The translations under genes were made by a program, and so were the position numbers. Positions 29,545 through 38,378 of a stretch of DNA of 64,000 nucleotides are shown here, piece by piece. Positions within the stretch are counted from its first letter, which is position 1; every line of letters starts with the position of its first letter. The stretch covers positions 51,832 through 115,831 of the forward strand of contig CAVYIY010000007.1 of assembly GCA_963768775.1 (NCBI GenBank), written 5' to 3'. Source of the DNA: Methanomassiliicoccaceae archaeon (GTDB taxonomy: Archaea > Thermoplasmatota > Thermoplasmata > Methanomassiliicoccales > UBA472). Under the pieces are notes generated by a model, which searched no databases, was not told the DNA's origin, and saw only the letters and a list, made by a program, of their open reading frames with translations.

Positions 29545-30629
29545 TTTACCACCTCGAGCTCCTTGGAGCAGTTGGTGAGGACCTCGCACCCTCCGGAAGT
29601 GATCAGCACGTCGTCCTCGATGCGCACACCGCCCTCGCCGCGGACGTATACTCCCGGCTCGACGGTCAAAACCATGTTCTTCCTCAGCACCATGTCGGAA
29701 TTGGGCGCCATCCTGCCGCCGTCGTGCACCGCCAGGCCGAGTGAATGGCCTAAGGAATGGATCAGCAGTCCTTTGAAAGGCGAAGCGTCGATGACGTTCC
29801 TCGCCAGGGCGTCCGCCTCAGCGCCGGTCATGCCTGGGTGGATCCCGTCGATGGCGGCCTGCTGCGCCTGCAGCACCACCTCGTACATCTGCCTCTGCCT
29901 CTTGCTTGCCTTGCTAAAAAAGAAGGTCCTTGTGATGTCCGAGCCATAGCGACGATAAAGTGCCCCGAAATCGAAGAGCACCGCGTCCCCCTTGCGCAGC
30001 CTGGTTTCGCCTGGACTATGATGCGGCTCCGCCGAATTCGCTCCGAACGAGGCATTGGTGGCGAACGATGCGGCGCTCGCTCCCCGCTTCTGCATGCGGT
30101 AGCTGACCTCCGCTGCCGCCTCGTACTCCGTCATCCCCGGTCTGATGATGTCGGCCAGCTCATCCCCCACCTCGGCACCGATGCGGCATGCCTGCCTCAT
30201 GCGCTCGATCTCCTCCGCGTCCTTGATGGAGCGGGCGGCTTCGATGGCGCCGGTTATGTCAACCATATCCGCGCTGGTGAGCCTCTGCAGTTCCTGGAAC
30301 GCCCGGTAGCTGAGCCCGTTCCCGCTGATCCCCAGCTTCCCTTCCCTCGCCAAGGCCTTCCTCAGCAGCTCGTCCCTGTCGGAGTGCGTGCGGAAGACGC
30401 TCACCTTCGCGCTCGTGGTCTTGGCACTGGTCTCTTCCAGCACTGACGTCAGCAGCTCCACCGAGCCTTCCCGGCGGAGCACGGCGGCGCAGCCTTCGAA
30501 GAGGCCCGAGTCCGCCCCGGTCACGTAGAACAGGGCAAGGTCCAGGTTCGGCTCCTCGCCGTTGATCAGAATTATCGTGTCCACCCCTTCGGGCACTTGC
30601 TCGAAGATCCTCAGGACCCTTTGTCTCAT
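29541..30629 (-). CDS. M24 family metallopeptidase (Xaa-Pro dipeptidase/aminopeptidase)
   Basis: Pita-bread fold motifs (DFGALYRRYGSDITRT, HSLGHSLGLAVHD, VEPGVY, RIEDDV). Confidence 0.85.
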   Translation of the reverse strand: MRQRVLRIFEQVPEGVDTIILINGEEPNLDLALFYVTGADSGLFEGCAAVLRREGSVELLTSVLEETSAKTTSAKVSVFRTHSDRDELLRKALAREGKLGISGNGLSYRAFQELQRLTSADMVDITGAIEAARSIKDAEEIERMRQACRIGAEVGDELADIIRPGMTEYEAAAEVSYRMQKRGASAASFATNASFGANSAEPHHSPGETRLRKGDAVLFDFGALYRRYGSDITRTFFFSKASKRQRQMYEVVLQAQQAAIDGIHPGMTGAEADALARNVIDASPFKGLLIHSLGHSLGLAVHDGGRMAPNSDMVLRKNMVLTVEPGVYVRGEGGVRIEDDVLITSGGCEVLTNCSKELEVVK

Positions 30630-30702
30630 GAGTCAACACCTTCGACTGGAAAACGTAGGTGCGCTCTTAATTATTTGTCACCGGTCCGCTGATGGCTTTG
30701 GC

Positions 30703-31521
30703 CTACACCCCGATCCATCGGTTGGCCACGATGCCTTTGAGCGCCGCCACCGCGGACAGCGCCGCCAGGTAACTGGTCGCGGGGTTGGAAGGGAACGGTG
30801 CGTTCTTCGTCTCCGCCCTGATCTCGCCGAACGGACCTTTCACGATGAGCAGATGCGAATTGGTTCGGGCCTTGGGATCGCATACCAACGTGACCTTTGT
30901 CCGCTCGAAGCCGACCCCGAGCATGCTGATGGTCGCTGCGACGTTGATGTTCTTGGGGAAAAGGCGCACCGCTTCGCGGGCGGGGCCGTCATACAGCACC
31001 GTCGGCTTGGCGAGGCCGTCGACATCGACCTTCTTCTCGGCCAGGTAGGCTACGTTCCTGAAGCCCGCCGGTCCCTTGGTGCTGATCAGGTGAACCTCAT
31101 CGATCTGGCTCGCGGAGGCGGAGCGGAGCCCGTCGGTCCCGCACACCGCGCCGGAGGGGATGTAGAGCCGGCCACGCTTGTTCTTGGAGAGGGCGTAGCA
31201 TCGCTCTCGGAGCTCGTCGTTCTCGAAGGCCCCGACGCTCATGACCATGATGTCCCTTCCCCGCTCCAGGCAGATCGGCGCGAACTTCCCCACTGCCTCT
31301 TGGCTGGCCGCCTCCACCACCAGTTCGACATCGTCCATGGCCCGCAGGATCGCGGTGTCCTCGAATTGGACGAAGCCGGCCTTGGGGTGCTCCTTCACCT
31401 TCGCCTCGGCCTTCTCCTCGATCTTGTCGGTGAGGTAGTAGCGGTCGATCTCCTCAATGGAATCGGCTGCGGTCGCGAGGACGTTCCCGATCGAGCCACA
31501 GCCAATGATAAGTAGTCGCAT
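30703..31521 (-). CDS. nadX: L-aspartate dehydrogenase
   Basis: IIGCGSIG Rossmann start and the TM1643-family C-terminal pattern (NVAATISMLG...SNPATSYLAALSAVAALK). Confidence 0.75.
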   Translation of the reverse strand: MRLLIIGCGSIGNVLATAADSIEEIDRYYLTDKIEEKAEAKVKEHPKAGFVQFEDTAILRAMDDVELVVEAASQEAVGKFAPICLERGRDIMVMSVGAFENDELRERCYALSKNKRGRLYIPSGAVCGTDGLRSASASQIDEVHLISTKGPAGFRNVAYLAEKKVDVDGLAKPTVLYDGPAREAVRLFPKNINVAATISMLGVGFERTKVTLVCDPKARTNSHLLIVKGPFGEIRAETKNAPFPSNPATSYLAALSAVAALKGIVANRWIGV

Positions 31522-31605
31522 AGCGACTCTGTCCAATCGCAATCGGCTTTATAGAGTTATTCACCGCGAGGGCAAACCGTATTAAGGCCGTCTGGAGTTT
31601 GCACC

Positions 31606-32013
31606 ATGATGCGCTACGAGCTCCTGGAACACACCGCTGACGTGATGATAAAAGCGCACGGTAGCGACTTGGAGGAATGCTTCGCCAATGCCGCCTACGC
31701 CCTGTTCGACCAGATCACCGACGCATCGAAGGTGGGAACGAGCGAGGAGGTCAGCTTCGTGGTATCTGGCCACGACAACGAATCTCTGCTGTTCAACTTC
31801 CTCTCCGAGTTCCTGTTCATCCACGACGCCAAGGGCCTGGTGCTGAGCGAGTTCCATGTCAAGATCAAGGGAACGTCTCTGCAATGCACCGCGAAAGGGG
31901 AAAGGTTTGATTCGGAGAGACATACCTACCGTCACGACGTGAAGGCGGTAACCTACCACATGCTGGAAGTGAACACCGAGGAGCCTTCGGTGACGGTGAT
32001 ACTGGACATCTGA
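31606..32013 (+). CDS. archease
   Basis: YELLEHTADVMIKAHGSDLEECF...VKAVTYH pattern. Confidence 0.85.
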   Translation: MMRYELLEHTADVMIKAHGSDLEECFANAAYALFDQITDASKVGTSEEVSFVVSGHDNESLLFNFLSEFLFIHDAKGLVLSEFHVKIKGTSLQCTAKGERFDSERHTYRHDVKAVTYHMLEVNTEEPSVTVILDI

Positions 32014-32014
32014 G

Positions 32015-32980
32015 GTGAGTATGAAAGCTTCAGCGATAGCCTATCCGATTCAGGGTCTGATAAAGTACCACGGGCTGAGGGACGAGCTTTTGCGATTGCC
32101 GTTCCACGACTCCATTTCCGTCTGCACCGCTCCGATTCGGACGCTGACCACCATCGAGTTCGGCCAGAAGGCCGACAGCGCGGCCTTCGACGGCAATCCT
32201 GCGCTGGGGCGGGACCTGGAGCGGATCCTGGCGGTGGTAGACCCGTTGCGCCAGCTGGCGAAGGATAGGACTGGCTTCAAGATGGTTTCGGAGAACTCCT
32301 TCCAGTCCAACATAGGCCTGGGGGCGTCCGCTTCCGGCTTCGCCGCCCTGGCAGTGGCGACCGCGAAGGCGCTTGACCTCGATCTTACCCTGGAAGAGAT
32401 ATCTCGCTATGCCAGGCGCGGCGCCGGTTCGGCATCGAGGGCGGTGACTGGCGGATTCTCCCGCTGGTTCGCCGGTAGCGGCGACGAGGACAGTTACTCC
32501 AGGCAGCTGGCCGGACCGGAGCAGTTGGACATGGGCATCATTGCTGCCCTGATTCCGGCGCACAAGTTCACCGACAATGCGCACAAGGATGTGATCACCT
32601 CGCCCTTCTTCCGGGCCAGGCTGGAATACGTGGTCGAAGCGCTGGACAAGATGGAGCGGGCCATTTACGCTCGGGATATCGACCGCATTTGTTCCTTAGC
32701 AGAGACCGACACCTTGCTGCTGCACGGCATCACCATGACGGGTATCGACGAGCACTTCCTCTGGCGCCCAGAGACGGTGAAGGTCATCCTGGAGGTTAAG
32801 AAGATGCGCTCCGAGGGGCTGAAGGCCTACTTCTCCATCGACACCGGGGCGACGGTCTACGTGAACAGCTCGCTGGACGCCAGGAATGAGGTCCGCTCGC
32901 GCATCGAGGCGCTGGGCATCAGGACCATCGAATGCAGCGTCGGTGGGGAAGCGAAGGTCGTGAACGAACATTTATTCTAA
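32015..32980 (+). CDS. diphosphomevalonate-decarboxylase-family GHMP enzyme (decarboxylase or mevalonate 3-kinase type)
   Basis: KYHG, GHMP loop GLGASASGFAALAVA, RRGAGSASR, SIDTGATV (Asp retained). Confidence 0.75.
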   Translation: MSMKASAIAYPIQGLIKYHGLRDELLRLPFHDSISVCTAPIRTLTTIEFGQKADSAAFDGNPALGRDLERILAVVDPLRQLAKDRTGFKMVSENSFQSNIGLGASASGFAALAVATAKALDLDLTLEEISRYARRGAGSASRAVTGGFSRWFAGSGDEDSYSRQLAGPEQLDMGIIAALIPAHKFTDNAHKDVITSPFFRARLEYVVEALDKMERAIYARDIDRICSLAETDTLLLHGITMTGIDEHFLWRPETVKVILEVKKMRSEGLKAYFSIDTGATVYVNSSLDARNEVRSRIEALGIRTIECSVGGEAKVVNEHLF

Positions 32981-33225
32981 GCTGAAATTCTGTACGCGAA
33001 CGCTCCTACATCCCAGGCCCACGCTTCAAGAGGGCTAACGAAAATCCACTCGAATGACGACTGGAGACACTCAATAAATTGAGCGGAGAATACGCCCTGT
33101 TGCTTAGCAATGAAAGGGTTGAGTCATTAATTGCCGACTTTGGCATCCTTTTCTTTTTGCTAGACCAGCTTGAAAGTCTTATAAACTAAGATGTCCGTTA
33201 ATGCATTCTATTGCGACTATAGCTG

Positions 33226-33486
33226 TTGGAAGAAATGACAAAAGCCAAGTTTGAGATAGGAGAGACTGAAAAACATACCATTGTTGTTAATGCGAGCGCG
33301 CTTCTAAAATACATCAAGATAGAAGTTGATGGCGAAAAAGTCATTAATGAAACAAACTTTCAGCCATTTGCAAAGAAGTTCCAGTTGGACGTGGGAAATT
33401 CCGAAAAGCATCATTTGGAAATCAGCGCTGGACCGTTCTCACCTATCAGACTATTCGTGGACGGAAAAGAAGCTCAAAGAACCTGA
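33226..33486 (+). CDS. orphan small protein inside the low-GC islet
   Basis: 86-aa ORF (ATG alternative at 33235). Lys/Glu-rich and beta-strand-like. The local GC is clearly below the window norm. Confidence 0.4.
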   Translation: MEEMTKAKFEIGETEKHTIVVNASALLKYIKIEVDGEKVINETNFQPFAKKFQLDVGNSEKHHLEISAGPFSPIRLFVDGKEAQRT

Positions 33487-33511
33487 ACGTGCTTGCTAAG
33501 GCTCTGATGAT

Positions 33512-33598
33512 ATGATCGATACTGAAAACCTGACCAAAAAATCTGGGAATCTCACTGCCGTTGAAGACCTCACGTTGCATTTATCCTCGCTATCTTGA
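33512..33598 (+). pseudogene. relic of an ABC-transporter ATPase N-terminus
   Basis: MIDTENLTKKSGNLTAVEDLTLH is the stereotyped start of ABC ATPases (compare LTKKFGKFVAVNGLTLTV at 46739). It terminates after 28 codons, before the Walker A motif. Confidence 0.5.
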
Positions 33599-33783
33599 AG
33601 TAATCAGAACGGGGAAGAAGTCTCTACCCTCTGAGAAGGAAGAAGTAATAATTGAGAAAGGGATTTGTGGGACGGTGCAACTTTGATTAATGTGCTTATA
33701 CTGGCTTCTGTTCGTGTTCAATATTCTGGAACCAAACATTTATTCTGAGCCGAGTGACTTGGGATGACTCGAGGAACGACGCG

Positions 33784-34626
33784 ATGACGCTAAATCTGGG
33801 ATGGTTCTCCAGCGGCAGGGACGAATCCGCGCGTGTTCTCCTCTCCAGCATCGCGAAGAGGAGGGACCAGGGCGTGCTGGACATATCGATCAGATTCGTC
33901 TTCTGCAACTGGGAGGAGGGCGAGGAGCCGCAGCATCCCGAACATGAACAGAGGGAGAAGTACTTCCAACTGGTCCGCGAGCTGGGAATCCCCCTCGTCA
34001 CCCTGTCATGGAAGCGATTCCGGGACAACCTGAAGACCGGAACCAAGGACGAACGGCGGGCGGCATATGGCGAGAGGATGCGCTCGCTGATCGAGGACAG
34101 CCAAATCGACCTGGGCATTCTGGCGGGATACAGCCTCTGGATCGACCGCGACACCTGCGCCCGGTTCAACGTGCTCAACCTGTACCCGAGTTTGCCCGGC
34201 GGGCCGCTGGGCACAGCGCAAGAGGTGGTATGGCAGATCATCGCCCAGAGGGCGGCCCGACATGGTGCGATGGTCCTGCTCTGCTCCCCCGAGCAGGAGG
34301 AGGGCATCCCGCTCAGCTGTTGCTCCTTCCCCGTCCAGACGCCTGAATATAAACACTTGTGGGAGCAGTTCGACGCCGCAACCAGGAAGCGCGGAGCGTT
34401 CGAGACCATCTCCAAGGAGGAGGCGGAGTCGTCCCCCTTGTTCCAAAAGATAAATGGTGATGCAAAGTCAAGGGAGGCGCCGCTGCTCACTTATACGCTC
34501 AAGATGCTCGCCGAAGGCAGCGTGAAGATCATCAATGGAAGGATACATGAAGAGGATATATTGAGGAAAAACGCGTATGATCTGACGGCAATGGTCGACC
34601 AAACGATAGAGAAAGGGGATTTCTGA
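33784..34626 (+). CDS. PurN-fold (formyltransferase N-domain-like) protein, catalytic residues substituted
   Basis: GILAGYSLWI...VLNLYPSLPGG aligns by eye with the PurN N-x-H-P-S-L-L-P motif, but with Tyr for His. Paralogue at 57734..58536. Confidence 0.6.
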   Translation: MTLNLGWFSSGRDESARVLLSSIAKRRDQGVLDISIRFVFCNWEEGEEPQHPEHEQREKYFQLVRELGIPLVTLSWKRFRDNLKTGTKDERRAAYGERMRSLIEDSQIDLGILAGYSLWIDRDTCARFNVLNLYPSLPGGPLGTAQEVVWQIIAQRAARHGAMVLLCSPEQEEGIPLSCCSFPVQTPEYKHLWEQFDAATRKRGAFETISKEEAESSPLFQKINGDAKSREAPLLTYTLKMLAEGSVKIINGRIHEEDILRKNAYDLTAMVDQTIEKGDF

Positions 34627-34636
34627 GGTGAGCTGA

Positions 34637-35752
34637 TTGGACTTCGAGGGGCTGGAGGAGGTCGTCGCCTATGAAGGCAAGCAATTCGTCATCGACCTGG
34701 ACGGCCCCATCAGCACCAATGACAATGCGTTCGAGCTTTCCGAGCGCTTCATCGACGATGGAGCCAGGCTATATGCGATGCTGAGCCAGTACGATGACCT
34801 GGTCGCCAAGCTGCGCAGGAACCAGAGATACAGGGTCGGAGGTCGGGAGCAGCTCATCCTTCCGTTCCTCAGGGCCAAGGGAGTGAACGATGCCCGGATG
34901 CACGAGTTCTCCCGGGGACACGTCAAGATGGCCCCAGGTGCGGCCAAGACCATGCGCTTCGTCCAGGAGCTTATGGCCTCCTTCGTGGTCTCGACCTCCT
35001 ATGAGCATCACGTGAGCGAGGTGTGCGACCTGATCGGCTTCCCATACGAGAATAGCTATTGCATGAAGCTGAGCATGGACTCAGTCCAGATGGACGATTG
35101 GGAGACGGATCTGCTGAAGAACTATGCCCAGGAAATCGTCTCGCTCCCCCCGATCCAGATACCTCCGGATGCGAGGGAGTTGGCCGATCTCAGCCCCAGC
35201 GACCAGACGACCGTCGGCCGCCTCGACGACATCTTCATGAAGGAGATTAGCGACCTGAACGCCTTCCGATTGGTGACTGAGGCACACTCGATCGGGGCCG
35301 ACGAGAAGGCCGCCGACCTGTTGGACATATGCAAGAAGACCGGGGTAGGGCTGGAAGACACGATCTACATCGGGAGCAACAGCTCAGATGTCCTGGCGCT
35401 CCAGCTGGTGAGGCGGGGCGGCGGGATGTCCATCGCCTTCAACGGCAGCGCCGAGGCGATCAAGGAGTCCGATGTGAAAGTGATCTCCGACAATTCCGTG
35501 GTCACCTCAGTGATAACCGAGGCGTTCTTCAAGTCGGGGACGGACGCGGTGATGTCCTTGGTCGACGACTGGAACCTCCAGCATATCCAGACTTCGGGCT
35601 TTGTGCACGACTATTTGGTAAGGGAGCTGTCGAGGGTCTTCCCCAACGGTCTGCCGAAAGTGGAGAGGGTGAGGGTGGGCTACATGGGCAGGCAGCTCGG
35701 TGGCGAGAGCGTCACCATGCAGAATGGCAGAGGGACTGGCAGGACATTCTGA
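34637..35752 (+). CDS. HAD-superfamily-like protein
   Basis: DLDGPIST HAD motif I near the N-terminus and a GSNSSD-type late motif. TTG start 10 nt after the previous stop. Confidence 0.55.
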   Translation: MDFEGLEEVVAYEGKQFVIDLDGPISTNDNAFELSERFIDDGARLYAMLSQYDDLVAKLRRNQRYRVGGREQLILPFLRAKGVNDARMHEFSRGHVKMAPGAAKTMRFVQELMASFVVSTSYEHHVSEVCDLIGFPYENSYCMKLSMDSVQMDDWETDLLKNYAQEIVSLPPIQIPPDARELADLSPSDQTTVGRLDDIFMKEISDLNAFRLVTEAHSIGADEKAADLLDICKKTGVGLEDTIYIGSNSSDVLALQLVRRGGGMSIAFNGSAEAIKESDVKVISDNSVVTSVITEAFFKSGTDAVMSLVDDWNLQHIQTSGFVHDYLVRELSRVFPNGLPKVERVRVGYMGRQLGGESVTMQNGRGTGRTF

Positions 35753-35786
35753 TCGGGAAGCAAGGATAATGGTCTCCGCAAACGGA

Positions 35787-36221
35787 TCATTCCTCGTCGA
35801 ATAGCAGATAGCGCATCACGTCGCCGCGGGAGATGATGCCCAGCAGTTCCTCGCCATCCACCACGGGCATGCTCCTTAGCCTGTTCTCGACCATGGACTC
35901 GACCACCTGGCGGATCGTATCGCCCGGCGCGACGCTCTCCACGGCGGTGCTCATGATGTCGTCGACCTTGTCCGCCAGGATGTTCAGCGAGTTCGTTTTG
36001 GTCAAGGAGCGTTCCACCACGAAGGCGCGGAGCAGGTCGAGCTTGGTGACCACCCCTGCCAGCTTGCCGTCCTTTATTACGGGGAACATATTGAAATCGT
36101 GCTCCTCGAAGGCGGCCATGAGCTCCTTCAAGCTGGTCTGCGGAGCGACGCTGATGACCTTCTGCGACATGGCCTCCCTCACCAGGGCCTCCTTCATGCT
36201 CTTCTTGGTGACCATTTCCAT
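35787..36221 (-). CDS. CBS domain pair protein
   Basis: Two CBS repeats (VISVAP...FPVIKDGKLAGVVT and VESVAP...MPVVDGEELLGIISRGD). Confidence 0.85.
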   Translation of the reverse strand: MEMVTKKSMKEALVREAMSQKVISVAPQTSLKELMAAFEEHDFNMFPVIKDGKLAGVVTKLDLLRAFVVERSLTKTNSLNILADKVDDIMSTAVESVAPGDTIRQVVESMVENRLRSMPVVDGEELLGIISRGDVMRYLLFDEE

Positions 36222-36352
36222 CCCTGAAAGGGATTGGGCGCACTATTACTTCAACTCCTCCATATCGGGTCATTCCATGGGAATTGGTCCGAATATTGAT
36301 GGCTTAAATAGGGATGGCGACCGTTACCGGTAGGAAGATTCAAAGAGGCAAG

Positions 36353-36955
36353 ATGATGGAACTAGTCCTGATCTCAGGTTTCTTAGGTTCTGGAAAGACC
36401 ACCATGCTCCTTTCGACGGTGGACCAGATCATCGCCATGACCAAGAAGAAAGTGGTGATCATCAAGAACGATTTCGGCAACGTGGGGATCGATGCGAAGG
36501 TCATGGAGAAGTCCGGCCTGCAGGTCAGGGAGTTGCCGAGCGGATGCATCTGCTGCACCTTGGGAGTGGACTTCCTCAAGACGCTCACATCCGTGGCGAC
36601 CGAATACAGCCCGGACCTGGTCTTTGTCGAGCCGTCGGGCCTGGCAGACCCAGCGAGCATCATCATCCTAATGAAAGGGTATCAGGGACCGCCGGTGCAA
36701 AGGATACGGGTGATGATCATAGTGGACGCCGTCCGCTTCAACCTGATAAGCCGAGCGATGCCCGCGCCGTTGGAGCGGCAGCTGAAGATCGGCGATGTGA
36801 TCGTGATCAACAAGATCGACGAAGCCACGAGGGAACAAATCGATGAGGTGAGGCAGGCGGTCCACAAGCTCGGGCTGGACAAGGAGCTGATATTGGCATC
36901 TGCCCTCCAGAGAGAGAACGTCGACGCGGTGGCAAGGGCAATGGTGGCATCATGA
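36353..36955 (+). CDS. COG0523/CobW-type G3E GTPase, N-terminal domain only
   Basis: Walker A GFLGSGKTT, metal motif G-C-I-C-C, VEPSGLADP, NKID. Confidence 0.8.
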   Translation: MMELVLISGFLGSGKTTMLLSTVDQIIAMTKKKVVIIKNDFGNVGIDAKVMEKSGLQVRELPSGCICCTLGVDFLKTLTSVATEYSPDLVFVEPSGLADPASIIILMKGYQGPPVQRIRVMIIVDAVRFNLISRAMPAPLERQLKIGDVIVINKIDEATREQIDEVRQAVHKLGLDKELILASALQRENVDAVARAMVAS

Positions 36956-37392
36956 TATCCGAAGACTTCTCCGCCTTCGCATTGAAGGCGAATGTGAGCC
37001 TGCAGACCGAAATTGGCCCGACCGTGCTGACCAAAGCAGTGGAGGATATGATGAGCGCCATCGCTCTTCGATGCGTGGCCAAGGGCACTTATCTCATCGG
37101 CCACATCAAGTCCATCGCGGAGATCGGCGACGGCAGCTGGATAGCCAGCAGCGTCACCGACCTTGATGGCAAGGTGAGGTCGTCCGGCTCCCTCAACGCA
37201 CCTTCGGACAAGCTGAGCGTGGTGATCAACGCCTTGCAGTACGGCCTGAAGCTGGACAAGCTGGAGGCGGTGGTCGAGGAGGTCGTGGTCGAGCAGCTAT
37301 CCTCCATTGGCAAGGTCGAGGTCGAGGAGATCGGAGAGGAGCATGACCACAAAGGGAGCCATGATCACTTCTGCCACATAGATCAGGGCTGA
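36952..37392 (+). CDS. small protein with His/Asp-rich tail, translationally coupled to the COG0523 GTPase
   Basis: ATGA overlap with the upstream stop. Tail reads EEIGEEHDHKGSHDHFCHIDQG. Possibly a detached CobW_C-like domain. Confidence 0.55.
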   Translation: MISEDFSAFALKANVSLQTEIGPTVLTKAVEDMMSAIALRCVAKGTYLIGHIKSIAEIGDGSWIASSVTDLDGKVRSSGSLNAPSDKLSVVINALQYGLKLDKLEAVVEEVVVEQLSSIGKVEVEEIGEEHDHKGSHDHFCHIDQG

Positions 37393-37409
37393 TTAGACCC
37401 AGGCAGCAG

Positions 37410-38207
37410 TTATTCGCGGTTCGGCCACGGTTGGCAGGAAGGGCAATAGTAGGACGTCCTTCCATTGACCTTGAGAGCCTTGAGCCTCCCGTTCTTCCGA
37501 GGGCATGGTGCGCCAGATTCGCGGACCGGCAGCATGTAGCCATTCGGAAGCCGGTCGAAATCCGTGGCCACCCTTATTGATGCCATGAGCACCTTCCGCG
37601 TGTTCCGGAACAGGGCATCGGCTTCCTCGGCGCTCAACTCTCTCGCCGGCCTCAGCGGGTGGATCCGGGACTGGAAGAGCACCTCATCCGCATAGAGATT
37701 CCCGATGCCAGCGATAACATGCTGATCCAGCAGCACCGCCTTGATGGCCCGGTCGTGCCTTCTGACGCGGGAAGCGAATTCCTCACACCGGACCTTGAGC
37801 GCGTCAGGCCCGAGCTTCTTCATCTCCACGAATTGGCTGACGCTTTCCGCGCAACCGACGGCGCCGAACTTGCGCATGTCCCGATAGGACAGCTGCGACC
37901 CGTCCTTGAAATTGAATAGGACGCGATCATACCTATCTGGCCTTGCTTTGCTCTCCTTGAATATCATATCCCCGGTCATGCCCAGATGCACGGTGATGAA
38001 TCCTCCTCGGTCCAGCTCGATGAACATCTGTTTCCCGTGCCGCCGGATGCCCAATATCTTGCGATTCCGGCACTTTGACGCCAGCACCTTCGCTGAGCAT
38101 CCCTCCAGCACTCCATCATCTTTGACCATGACAGAGAGCACAATGCGGCCGGAGCAAGCACGCTCAGCGTGCTCGCGCACCGTTTCCACTTCCGGAAGCT
38201 CAGGCAT
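37410..38207 (-). CDS. formamidopyrimidine-DNA glycosylase / endonuclease VIII family
   Basis: N-terminal MPELPEVE, H2TH segment (LLDQHVIAGIGNLYADEVLF), C-terminal zinc finger (CP...YYCPSCQ). Confidence 0.85.
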   Translation of the reverse strand: MPELPEVETVREHAERACSGRIVLSVMVKDDGVLEGCSAKVLASKCRNRKILGIRRHGKQMFIELDRGGFITVHLGMTGDMIFKESKARPDRYDRVLFNFKDGSQLSYRDMRKFGAVGCAESVSQFVEMKKLGPDALKVRCEEFASRVRRHDRAIKAVLLDQHVIAGIGNLYADEVLFQSRIHPLRPARELSAEEADALFRNTRKVLMASIRVATDFDRLPNGYMLPVRESGAPCPRKNGRLKALKVNGRTSYYCPSCQPWPNRE

Positions 38208-38378
38208 GTCAACCCGACCGAAGACGGCATGCAAGCTCATCTTGTTTTCCCATCGGCGAGCCGGCGCGGGGAAGAATCAAATAGGTTCCAAGGCATCTCG
38301 GAATGGCCGCGACAGGACATCTGGCCGTTCTTCCTGATGAGAACGACGACCGCGAAAGATGAACAGGAGCGAGAACTG

